Source of the DNA: Desulfobacterales bacterium
GTDB taxonomy: Bacteria > Desulfobacterota > Desulfobacteria > Desulfobacterales > SURF-7
DNA: 64,000 nt
Direction: 5' to 3'
Assembly: GCA_046484745.1 (NCBI GenBank)
Contig: JAWOIJ010000058.1
Location: 3,937-67,936 of the forward strand
Part shown: positions 18,250 to 27,177 of the stretch, piece after piece
Numbering within the stretch: position 1 is the stretch's first letter
Layout of the letters: every line of letters starts with the position of its first letter
Program-made: the position numbers and the translations under genes
The notes under the pieces: model-generated
What the model was told of the DNA's origin: nothing
Seen by the model: the letters and a program-made list of their open reading frames with translations, nothing else
The model's database searches: none

Positions 18250-19773
18250 ATGACCATGAATCGTCTTTTCGCGCCTGATGAATTGGCTGAACTCGCCGTT
18301 TCATATCCGGACCGTATAACAAGATGTATCCACAACGGAAAGATTGAGAAAGCGATCTCCTTGTGTGACGAAATGCGCGGTTCAAGAATTTTGCTGCATG
18401 ATTTTTTTGCAGATTCATGCACCATTCTCTGGAGCTTTATCGGAGAGCGTCTTGGCGAAGATGCCATGGATGCCATGTTTCGATACATTTTCAAACAGTC
18501 GGCGGAACGACAGTATTATGATGTCGCGGAAGCCCAGGTTATGCCCCATCTGACGGTTTATCTCCTTGCAAAATCATGGAGGGCGCACAGTTGTTTCGGT
18601 GCTGGTGAATATCCGGGAAAATTCACAATCACGGAGGATGATGAGAAATTTACATTTCACCTGCATCCCTGTGGAAGCGGTGCAAGGCTTTGGCGGAAGG
18701 GCTGGTATGAAAAGGGCAGGGGAGGGCGGCTTTCCCAAAAGGCTCACCCCTGGACATACAGCCGTGTCGGTTTTCCGACATATTGTATTCACTGCCCTTT
18801 TTTAAATGAGATTCTTCCGTATGAATCAGACTACAGAAGGATCATGTGGCCGGTGGATCCGCTGAAAGGACCCGAGGATGAATGCGCATGGCAGGTTTAT
18901 AAAGACCCGGACAGGGTCCCTGAAAAATATTATGAAAGACTGAATCTGCCCAGAAAGCCTGGAAAAATGAGACTGGCGCCTGCCGGAAAAGAAAGATATT
19001 TTACGGATTTCGAACTGGAAGAGCTGGCCAGGCCCATGACGGATCGAATTGCGGAAGCGCTCAGAAAGGGAGATCGCAACACGGCGCGCAGGTTGGTAAA
19101 GGAAGTAAAAGACGAGTTTTTAACCCTTCATGACCTGTATGCCATGATGATTCTGGCAACATTGACGTTTATCGCGGACACTGCCGGAGAATCGGTTGTA
19201 GGCGAGGCGCTGGATATTCAGTTCGACAAATGTGTAAAGGAGCAGCTGCTTCTCAAGACAAAGAACATGACGGCAGAGAAGAAAGTTGCCTTTCTCGCGA
19301 CCATGATTTTTGGGACGGATAATTGCAATGGCATCGGGTATCACAGGGGAGCTTTCTCCATTCAGGAAACAGAGAGCGAAATCCGGTTTGTTCTGAACCC
19401 GTGCGGAAGCGGAGGCAGACTGCTTCGATCCGGATGCTACGAGCGGATGGGCGCTCTTCAAGAATACCGCGAAAAAATCGAAAACCGGATCGTCAATTTT
19501 TCAGCCCGGAAACTCCCTCTTCCGGAAACACTTCTGAAAATCATTTTTCCCTGGGTAGTCACTCATTTTACCCAGCGGAAATCCTGTTCCCAGGGAAGAA
19601 CAAAAGAGGCGTACTCCTGGTCTTTCGGGAAAAAGGGAGCACCGTATTTTTGTTGCCAATGCGGGAAAATAGCTGAAAAGTTGAAAGGAACCGGGCTGCA
19701 GATCGATTTCCCCCAAAGCAGAAGAGACTCCTGTGTCTGGAAGCTTGAAAAGAGCAAGTTGAAAAATTCGTAA
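18250..19773 (+). CDS. internally duplicated Cys-motif protein of unknown function
   Basis: 507 aa. The two halves are about 244 aa apart and are homologous: FAPDELAELA...DRI...LHD versus FTDFELEELA...DRI...LHD; FTFHLHPCGSGARLWRKGWYE versus IRFVLNPCGSGGRLLRSGCYE. Each half also has a CxxC (CIHC; CCQC). Confidence 0.8.
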   Translation: MTMNRLFAPDELAELAVSYPDRITRCIHNGKIEKAISLCDEMRGSRILLHDFFADSCTILWSFIGERLGEDAMDAMFRYIFKQSAERQYYDVAEAQVMPHLTVYLLAKSWRAHSCFGAGEYPGKFTITEDDEKFTFHLHPCGSGARLWRKGWYEKGRGGRLSQKAHPWTYSRVGFPTYCIHCPFLNEILPYESDYRRIMWPVDPLKGPEDECAWQVYKDPDRVPEKYYERLNLPRKPGKMRLAPAGKERYFTDFELEELARPMTDRIAEALRKGDRNTARRLVKEVKDEFLTLHDLYAMMILATLTFIADTAGESVVGEALDIQFDKCVKEQLLLKTKNMTAEKKVAFLATMIFGTDNCNGIGYHRGAFSIQETESEIRFVLNPCGSGGRLLRSGCYERMGALQEYREKIENRIVNFSARKLPLPETLLKIIFPWVVTHFTQRKSCSQGRTKEAYSWSFGKKGAPYFCCQCGKIAEKLKGTGLQIDFPQSRRDSCVWKLEKSKLKNS

Positions 19774-19974
19774 TATCGTAAAAAAATCTCGAAATCATAT
19801 TGACAACTCCCGCCGGATGATATAGGAACACATATCTTTAATTATTCTGATAATAAAGTTTCATTTGCAAATTGAATTCGGATCTTATACGAGATCTTCA
19901 CGCGACATCGCGAAATTTTTGGAGAAAAAGGAACGTTTTGATCCTGTTTCACGCGGCAGGGTAAAAGGTTTTAT

Positions 19975-19994
19975 AACGGGTTTTAAAACCCGTT
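19975..19994. promoter_or_regulatory. perfect 20-nt palindrome upstream of the pilin operon
   Basis: AACGGGTTTTAAAACCCGTT (10+10, no mismatch), 44 nt upstream of the fimT-like ATG. Confidence 0.5.
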
Positions 19995-20037
19995 CGATTC
20001 GTTTTGCAAACCTCATTGCACAGCCTTGAAGATAATT

Positions 20038-20613
20038 ATGAGACCCTTGCGACATTCTACAAATAACGACGGGTTTACCATCATGGAACTTTTGACCGTT
20101 ATCGGGATTATCTCAATTGTGTCTGTGATCAGCATTCCACCTTTTATAAGCTGGATCCCGGATTACAGGCTCAAGAGCGCGGCACTGGATCTTTTTTCAA
20201 ACTTTCAGAATGCGCGAATGCGCGCGATACAAAGCAGAGGAGAATACGCGATCCTGTTTAACGTATCTGCCGGCACCTATCAACTCGTCAGCAGCGGGAA
20301 AAATAAAACGCTTGATGGGGGTGAAAGCGACGACATGATAGAGAAGACGGTTTTTCTTTCAGATTATGGGAGCGGTATCCGATATGGTTATGGCAGCGCT
20401 TCAGAAAAAGCAACCGGGGGTGGAGGCGGTTTTTCACCTGGCGATGAGATCAGTTATAATGGCGATATGGCTGAGTTCAATTCCCGGGGAATGGCCAACA
20501 GAATGGGGTATGTGTATCTGGAAAACAGCCGCAAATCCACTTTTGCCGTATCGACTCCTACCATGGCGGGTTTCGTTCATATCAAAAGGTGGAATGGCAG
20601 GGAATGGCGATGA
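20038..20613 (+). CDS. fimT: type IV minor pilin, GspH/FimT family
   Basis: Prepilin leader MRPLRHSTNNDG|FTIMELL with Glu at +5. The YRLKSAALDLFSNFQNARMRAIQ pattern is typical of FimT/FimU/GspH. Confidence 0.8.
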   Translation: MRPLRHSTNNDGFTIMELLTVIGIISIVSVISIPPFISWIPDYRLKSAALDLFSNFQNARMRAIQSRGEYAILFNVSAGTYQLVSSGKNKTLDGGESDDMIEKTVFLSDYGSGIRYGYGSASEKATGGGGGFSPGDEISYNGDMAEFNSRGMANRMGYVYLENSRKSTFAVSTPTMAGFVHIKRWNGREWR

Positions 20614-21536
20614 TCATGATCCGGAAAAGATCATTATACGAATCTGAAAATGGTTTTACGTTGATTGAAATTCTTGTTGTGCTTGCCATCACAAGTATCA
20701 TGGCCGGAACAATCATATCCGCCTTTGTCTCTCAACATAACTCTTACAAGGTTCAGATCCGGGTTTCCGCACTGCAGCAGAACTTGAGGACGGCGATGGA
20801 CATGATCACAGAAGATATCAGAATGGCTGGACATTATACCCGTATTGATGCCGGGCGTTATGGCGGTGATATCGACTGGAATCCCGTTGAGAAAGGCATG
20901 GATGACTTTATACCCCTGGTAAATGGAATCAATGGGATCACGGGTATAAAAAAATACAAAAAGAACTCGGATATTATTTTAATTGTTAAAGCAAGCAATG
21001 ACCGAGGTGTCTTAACTATCTCGGAACTGGCGTCAGCCGGGGAGAATATTCTATATCTGAATCATTTAGACCTGGATGGAGATGGAGATGAAGATTTAAA
21101 CAGTAGCGGGCGTAAATTTGGTGTCCTGACAAAAGCGGATCTCAGCGGTTCAGAGCTTTTTAAGATTGTTTCAGAAGGGCCACCGGTAATGACGGCTGAT
21201 CGGTTTCAGAAAACTTACGGAAGGGGGGATTATATCGCAAGAGCGGATATCATCGTCTACAGGGTGGATGACCAAAACAGCTCCTTTGCGCAGACGGTTC
21301 TGGAAAGAAAGAATTTTGGCAACGGCAATCAGTTTCAGGTCGTGTCCGAAGGCATTTCAGATCTTCAGCTTCGATATATTCTGGATGATAGAAGCATTGT
21401 TGACGATCCATCCGGAGACGAAAGAAACATCTGTGCGGTAAATGTGCGACTGACCGGAGAATTGGTGATCTCAGGCTCGGTGAAAAAGAGCTGCCATCTG
21501 GAGACCATGGTGGGAGTCAGGAATAAAGGGGTTTGA
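20610..21536 (+). CDS. pilW: type IV minor pilin PilW-like
   Basis: Leader ...SENG|FTLIEILVVLAI. QQNLRTAMDMITEDIRMAG is PilW-like. ATGA overlap with the upstream stop. Confidence 0.75.
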   Translation: MIMIRKRSLYESENGFTLIEILVVLAITSIMAGTIISAFVSQHNSYKVQIRVSALQQNLRTAMDMITEDIRMAGHYTRIDAGRYGGDIDWNPVEKGMDDFIPLVNGINGITGIKKYKKNSDIILIVKASNDRGVLTISELASAGENILYLNHLDLDGDGDEDLNSSGRKFGVLTKADLSGSELFKIVSEGPPVMTADRFQKTYGRGDYIARADIIVYRVDDQNSSFAQTVLERKNFGNGNQFQVVSEGISDLQLRYILDDRSIVDDPSGDERNICAVNVRLTGELVISGSVKKSCHLETMVGVRNKGV

Positions 21537-21551
21537 AAAGGGGAACGGAAA

Positions 21552-22022
21552 ATGCAGTTCAAAAAAAATCCCTCGGTCCATAATGCCGGTTTTACAGTGA
21601 TCGAAGTCCTTATCGCCATGACGATTTTATCGGTTGGAATTCTGGGAATCATGACGCTGCAGATCAAGAGCATTCAAAACAATTCACTTGCCGGTTCATC
21701 GACAGTTGCCGGGGCAATTGCACAGCTTCATCTGGAAAGTATCATCGGCAGCGATTTCCATGCTCCCGGCATCCGGGATATCAACAAAGAAAACAATAGC
21801 GATCTGGAATCCGTTGCCCATTTCGATTTCAGGAATATCAATGTGGACGGGAAACCGGTTTACTGGGGGAAATATGATCTTTTCTGTAATGTCGCGGATG
21901 ATACCCCTATAAAAAATACAAAAACGTTTGTTGTTACGGTCACCTGGGATAAGGGAAGGCGTTCGAGAAGCGTCAGCACCATCAAGTGCCTTGCGTCGGG
22001 AGCAATCGCTGATTCCTACTGA
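21552..22022 (+). CDS. pilV: type IV pilus modification protein PilV-like minor pilin
   Basis: Leader MQFKKNPSVHNAG|FTVIEVLIAMTILSVGILG. Confidence 0.75.
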   Translation: MQFKKNPSVHNAGFTVIEVLIAMTILSVGILGIMTLQIKSIQNNSLAGSSTVAGAIAQLHLESIIGSDFHAPGIRDINKENNSDLESVAHFDFRNINVDGKPVYWGKYDLFCNVADDTPIKNTKTFVVTVTWDKGRRSRSVSTIKCLASGAIADSY

Positions 22023-22153
22023 ATCGATCGGACCGCTCAGCGCCTCGTTTTTTATAAACCGGATAGGAGAGGTTCTTCTTCTACGGCGGCAAAAAACAAG
22101 GAAGGAAATTTCGCGGCCCCTGAACCGTAACCTCATGGATTTGACTGGAAAAA

Positions 22154-22621
22154 ATGGAGAAAAGCATGGTTACAATAGTAGTGGAAAGGGATGGCGCCAT
22201 CACGGTGGCTGCGGTTGCAGTACTGGTGATACTGACCATTCTTGGAATCTGCGTCAGCGGTCTTTCGAGAATGGAACTGTTCATATCGAAAAATGAGGCT
22301 CATTCCTGTGACTATTTTTATATTGCAGAAGGCGGTGTTCATCGGGAAGCTCAGGAACTCGGTAACGGCAGTTACAGGATAAAGGATACCGATAATCCGT
22401 CAGTGATCGCAACAGAAAAGTCCTCTGATCTGCCCACGCCCAGTCCACATGATGTCAAGGGGTATTCATATGATTTTACGCTGCAATATGTCGGCAGGTA
22501 TTTGCCGGCAAAAGGATTTTCCGCAACATCTTTCAATCGGTATGATTATGATATCGATGTAAGAAAACAAGGTAATGGTATAAAGGCGAGATATTGCATG
22601 ATCGGTCCTAAAACAGATTGA
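22154..22621 (+). CDS. pilX: PilX-like pilus assembly protein
   Basis: 155 aa. The N-terminal hydrophobic segment GAITVAAVAVLVILTILGICVSG, with no G|F cleavage motif, fits the PilX N-terminal domain pattern and the gene position. Confidence 0.6.
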   Translation: MEKSMVTIVVERDGAITVAAVAVLVILTILGICVSGLSRMELFISKNEAHSCDYFYIAEGGVHREAQELGNGSYRIKDTDNPSVIATEKSSDLPTPSPHDVKGYSYDFTLQYVGRYLPAKGFSATSFNRYDYDIDVRKQGNGIKARYCMIGPKTD

Positions 22622-22672
22622 TCGGATGTCAGCGAACTTCTTCTTTCAGATTAACTTTCGGAAGGGTACACA

Positions 22673-25600
22673 ATGAAAAAATTTTTTGATGGCAGACTGT
22701 TATCTCATGTCCTGGCGGCGCTACTTTTTGTCTGCACCGGCCAGTCGTCTGCCGAAGATATTGATATTTATCGCGGACAGAACGGGAAAAATGTGATGAT
22801 GGTGATCGATAATTCAGGCAGCATGACCTGGCCGGTGTATGATGAGGAGGTTGATTACGGCGCTTTGATGAAAGGGATGATGGATGAACATCTCGTATTG
22901 GATGAAAATGATTGCAGGGACGGAAAACTCTGGTGGGATACAGACAGATCCGGAAATGATTATGACCGGCTGAATCCGAACGGAGTGTATCTGGTGAGCA
23001 CCTGGGCGGAATATAATGCCGTCCAGCTTGTTGACTCAGAAAAAATCGAAAAATGGTTTTCCGTAATTTCCGATCCGATCGAAAACAGGGGAGATGAAAC
23101 AGATCCGGAAGCGAACAGAAGATATCCTCTGCTGACAAATGCGATTGTACCGGCCGTAAATGGCTCAGGGAAACAATGGACAATAGAAGATCCTTCGACG
23201 ATTGATATTGATAAAGACCAGCACATTCTTTTTCCAGATGGCATCACGATGGATATGGATGGAAGAGAAGTAGAGACACCTTCTACGGTCAAAGGGTTTC
23301 GTCTCCCCAATTTTCAGGATATCTCTTTATGCAACTTGATTACAAACCCGGATACCGGAGAAACAACAGATACAGGCTTTTTGGGGATCCTGAAATCGAC
23401 CGGGTATTATTTTTCCGGATTGTTTGAAGAAATCGGAGCGGACCTGGTGTTCACTCCGGATGAATCGAAATTGGCAGAGGCCGGATTCGGAGGCAAACGT
23501 GTTTATCTGTTTGCCACCGGAAACTGGCTTAATTTTATCAAGCTGATTGAAGATTTCAGAGTGGTCGAATCGTTGGATTTATATGCAAAGGAAGGATATT
23601 ACAACCATCAGCACGATAAGGCATGGAGGTGCCTGTGCTTCTCACGGCCGGACTACGGAAAACCCTTTGTGTGCGGCAGCAGCGATGCGGGAAGTGAAGA
23701 TAAAATAAAATCCAGGATGGAAATTACAGCCGCGGCGATTAAAGAGATGTTGGGGAAAACGGGGAAGACGATCAATTGGGGAATCACGGTATTTAACGGG
23801 AATAACGGCGGCAAACTGATTGCGCCGGTTGGAACCGACCCTCAAGAGCTGTTAAACCGGATCGAGGAGATTCAGTTTAATGACGCAAGCCCGCTAGGCG
23901 AAGCAATTCAGGATGCCTATAATTATAATTCGGTTCAGTTTCGCAAGGATCCTTTGTATGATGAATGTCAGGTGAACACCTTTTTTGTTGTTACAGCTGG
24001 ATATCCTTCAGAAGATGATGAGTGGGACAGAATCAGGGACGCCACTGCTCTGGATTATCCCGACCCTGAGTTTGGATTCTGTCCGGAGGGATACCGGTCG
24101 GAATGCCTTTATTATGGAGACAGTGAGCCCTGGCAGGATGAAAACCATTGTGATGACGTGGCTCACTGGCTGCGAAATGAAGCAACTTATCGGCACACGC
24201 TTCATATCATAGATTTTTCTTTGAACAACCCGTTGATGATGGATATGGCGGAGGCTGGTTCCGGAGTTTATCAGGCAGGTTGCAGTGCACGGCAACTGCT
24301 ATCTTCTTTTTCAAATCTTGGTACGATAATTTCTTCATCAGCTTCTTTTTCGCCTCCTGTTATACCTGTTGATCCGGCTAACAGAACACAAAGCGGAGAA
24401 AATCTCTATATGGCGTTTTTCAGGCCGGAAGAGAAAACAGCATGGGCAGGCAACTTAAAAAAATATGGCCTGCGCTATCTGACGAGAGGACAAGGCGACT
24501 GTAACCGCCGGCATCCGGAATGGGTAGTAACCGGAAAGGATGGATTGCCCGCGGTTGACTGTGATGGCATTTTTAAACCAAAATCGATTTCCTTCTGGGC
24601 AAAGGAGGCTGACGGAGAGAGCGTCATTTCAGGAGGCGCTGGTGAATGCCTTATGGAACGTTTTCACCTGGTAGACCTTTCCACAGGGCCGTTTTATGAT
24701 TTTCGCAATATCGTTACCTGTAAAGACCCTGATGGTTCAAAAAACATTGTACCGTTTTATCGCGACAGGGACAAAAATATCGAGGATACGGTTCTGCCTT
24801 CTGATCTGGGCATAGCGACCGGCAATCAAAAAGCGGATTATCTGGAGCGGGACAGAATAATTAATTATATTTACGGGTATACATTGGATGTTACAGACAG
24901 CATGGGGATAGCGTACCAGGAGGAAACAGATGGTGATCCAAAAGCCCGGCGAAAGTGGATTCTGGGAGATATTATTCATTCCGAGCCCTGTGTAATCGAT
25001 TATTTGGATGAAAACCACGACCTGGCTTACCGTTTCATAGCGGTCGGCGCAAATGACGGCATGCTTCATGTTTTTGTCGATACGAGTAATCCTGACAAAC
25101 CGGATATGACCGTTCGCATTAATGGCAGGGATTATCAGCCGGGTGACGAGATTTGGGCTTTCATTCCCGGTGAACTCCTTCCCCGGTTGAAAGAGTTTGC
25201 GGGCTATCAACAGCATCATTATTTTGTGGACGGATTTCTTTCCCTCCACAGGTCCACCACCTGGAAGAATGCCGGATCATCTTCCAGTGTACGACGACCC
25301 GGAGAATATTTTGACAAGACACTGGTTTTTGGTGAAAGAAGAGGCGGAAGGTGTTATTGGGCCCTTGATGTTTCCAGGCCTGATCCAGGCCAGTGGTCGG
25401 TAAAGTGGAGACTCAAGGGCGGAACCGATACGATGGATTATTCGCCTGAACTCGGGTACTCCTGGTCCAGACCGGTATTTGCTTCTATTGCGGCCGATTC
25501 GGCAATCCAGAAGAATCTGGTTGTATTCGGAGGCGGGTATGATGATGAGGAAGACCATTTTCCCGAATCGTGGAATGACGGCGATGCGGATGGACGATAT

Positions 25601-26830
25601 CATCCGGAAAACCCTCATGATGTGTTTGATGTGGAAAACCCGCTGCACGATGCTTTTGATAATGACAGGTATGATGTTTTTAATCCTGAGAAAAATGAGA
25701 CAGGGCGCGGGATATTTATCGTGGATCTTGACGATGGAAGCCATGTGTTCAAGGTTGTTTTCGGGGAAGATCACACCTCAGGAACACGTCAGGCTTTTTC
25801 CGAAATGAAATGGTGTTTTCCTGCTGATCCTTCGGTAATCAATCTGTCGGGGAATTTGTTGATTTATGCCGCTGATATATATGGACAGATATGGAAGGCA
25901 ACCTATGATCCGTATGATAAACAAGATAAATGGCGGGTAAAAAGAATATTTCAGGCAAACCCGGGCTCTGATCAACCCGATGCCGTGACAGCCCTATCCG
26001 TAGAACCTTCGCTTAGCATGGCTGATGTTGGCAGAAAGACTTTTTATTCTCCGGATGTATCCTATATGGGCAGCGAGTGGACGGACAAACCGGTTTTATA
26101 TTTCGGCACAGGTGATCGCGTCCATCCAGGAATTGTGCCTGACTATGAGAACCGGTTTTATGCGATTTCCGACACCGATGCGCCTGCGACTGAAAAAGAT
26201 TTATTAAACCTGACATGTGATGAATTGGATCGCAATGCAGACGTGAATCAGAACGGTATTCTTGAATATGATGCAGATATGGGAAGAGAAGATGAAGAAT
26301 TACAGGAAAGCCTTTTTGAGATATTATACGGCACGCAGGATTATCCGGGTGTAAACAAGACCTGCCGCGGATGGTATAAAGTGCTTGGAAAACAGGGAAA
26401 ATGCAGTCAGGATATTTCAGTGGATCACATCGGGGAAATGTGCCTGAGCAGGCCGGTGCTTTTTTTTAAAACAGTTTATTTTACAACCTTTCAGCCGGTA
26501 TTTTCGGATAGCTGTACGCCAGAAGGAAATAGCTTCACGTATGCCCTTGATTATTCGGATGGAACAGCTTCTCTTGATCTGAAAAAAAAGAATTCATCCA
26601 CCGCCCTTGCTGATGAAGGCACGCTGGAAGATACATACCGTATTTTAAAAAAAACCGGCATCCCCTCAGGCATCAACGTGATTACGCGGCAGGGCAGGGC
26701 AACCGCAATTGTCAGCACCGGGAAAGGCATATCCGGAGCGGGTGAGGAAGGGTTTTCGGAAACCGGGCATTCTTCCAACATACCGGCTCCGCCGGGGGGA
26801 GTTCAGCGACTTCTCTGGGAAGCCTACTAA
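22673..26830 (+). CDS. pilY1: PilY1-like pilus tip adhesin with an N-terminal vWA domain
   Basis: 1385 aa. Signal peptide ...GQSSA|ED. vWA MIDAS motif VMMVIDNSGSM (DNSGS at 22808-22822). C-terminal PilY1-type region (VAVGANDGMLHVF, LYFGTGDR). EF-hand-like loop DVNQNGILE (26240-26266). Confidence 0.85.
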   Translation: MKKFFDGRLLSHVLAALLFVCTGQSSAEDIDIYRGQNGKNVMMVIDNSGSMTWPVYDEEVDYGALMKGMMDEHLVLDENDCRDGKLWWDTDRSGNDYDRLNPNGVYLVSTWAEYNAVQLVDSEKIEKWFSVISDPIENRGDETDPEANRRYPLLTNAIVPAVNGSGKQWTIEDPSTIDIDKDQHILFPDGITMDMDGREVETPSTVKGFRLPNFQDISLCNLITNPDTGETTDTGFLGILKSTGYYFSGLFEEIGADLVFTPDESKLAEAGFGGKRVYLFATGNWLNFIKLIEDFRVVESLDLYAKEGYYNHQHDKAWRCLCFSRPDYGKPFVCGSSDAGSEDKIKSRMEITAAAIKEMLGKTGKTINWGITVFNGNNGGKLIAPVGTDPQELLNRIEEIQFNDASPLGEAIQDAYNYNSVQFRKDPLYDECQVNTFFVVTAGYPSEDDEWDRIRDATALDYPDPEFGFCPEGYRSECLYYGDSEPWQDENHCDDVAHWLRNEATYRHTLHIIDFSLNNPLMMDMAEAGSGVYQAGCSARQLLSSFSNLGTIISSSASFSPPVIPVDPANRTQSGENLYMAFFRPEEKTAWAGNLKKYGLRYLTRGQGDCNRRHPEWVVTGKDGLPAVDCDGIFKPKSISFWAKEADGESVISGGAGECLMERFHLVDLSTGPFYDFRNIVTCKDPDGSKNIVPFYRDRDKNIEDTVLPSDLGIATGNQKADYLERDRIINYIYGYTLDVTDSMGIAYQEETDGDPKARRKWILGDIIHSEPCVIDYLDENHDLAYRFIAVGANDGMLHVFVDTSNPDKPDMTVRINGRDYQPGDEIWAFIPGELLPRLKEFAGYQQHHYFVDGFLSLHRSTTWKNAGSSSSVRRPGEYFDKTLVFGERRGGRCYWALDVSRPDPGQWSVKWRLKGGTDTMDYSPELGYSWSRPVFASIAADSAIQKNLVVFGGGYDDEEDHFPESWNDGDADGRYHPENPHDVFDVENPLHDAFDNDRYDVFNPEKNETGRGIFIVDLDDGSHVFKVVFGEDHTSGTRQAFSEMKWCFPADPSVINLSGNLLIYAADIYGQIWKATYDPYDKQDKWRVKRIFQANPGSDQPDAVTALSVEPSLSMADVGRKTFYSPDVSYMGSEWTDKPVLYFGTGDRVHPGIVPDYENRFYAISDTDAPATEKDLLNLTCDELDRNADVNQNGILEYDADMGREDEELQESLFEILYGTQDYPGVNKTCRGWYKVLGKQGKCSQDISVDHIGEMCLSRPVLFFKTVYFTTFQPVFSDSCTPEGNSFTYALDYSDGTASLDLKKKNSSTALADEGTLEDTYRILKKTGIPSGINVITRQGRATAIVSTGKGISGAGEEGFSETGHSSNIPAPPGGVQRLLWEAY

Positions 26831-26868
26831 AAAACCCTATCTCAAATTTTTTGAAAATTATTCCATCA

Positions 26869-26912
26869 TTGACATGATTGCCGGAGTGTTATATTGTATA
26901 TACGTTATAACA
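26869..26912 (+). promoter_or_regulatory. TA-module promoter with a nested palindromic operator
   Basis: -35 TTGACA (26869-26874), 17-nt spacer, -10 TATTGT (26892-26897). TGTTATA-tt-GTATATAC-gt-TATAACA (26887-26912) overlaps the -10. Confidence 0.5.
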
Positions 26913-26931
26913 TGAGAAGAGGAGGTATATA

Positions 26932-27177
26932 ATGACTACTCAAATGATCGTCAGGATCGATCCTGATCTCAAAGCCAAAGTCAATAATTTTGCTAAGGTA
27001 GAAGGAAAAAACGTCAGTGAAGTCGTCAGGGAATTGCTCGAAGAATATGTCAAAACCCGAGATATTGGTTCCTATATTGATAATCTATGGGATCGTATCG
27101 AAGGCAAACTCACGTCAGGTGGGGTAGGTCCCAAGGATATCAAGCGCGCTATTCGCGAGGTGAGGAAAAAACGTTGA
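26932..27177 (+). CDS. ribbon-helix-helix (CopG-like) antitoxin
   Basis: 81 aa. N-terminal MTTQMIVRIDPDLKAKVNNFAKVEGKNVSEVVRELLEEYV fits an RHH fold. GGAGG RBS 6 nt upstream. Confidence 0.75.
   Translation: MTTQMIVRIDPDLKAKVNNFAKVEGKNVSEVVRELLEEYVKTRDIGSYIDNLWDRIEGKLTSGGVGPKDIKRAIREVRKKR

Noticed and set aside
22023-22153. 131-nt gap between pilV and pilX with a T-run (CGTTTTTTAT), considered as an internal terminator
   Set aside because: The preceding sequence forms only 4-bp stems with loops too short to fold, so there is no credible hairpin.
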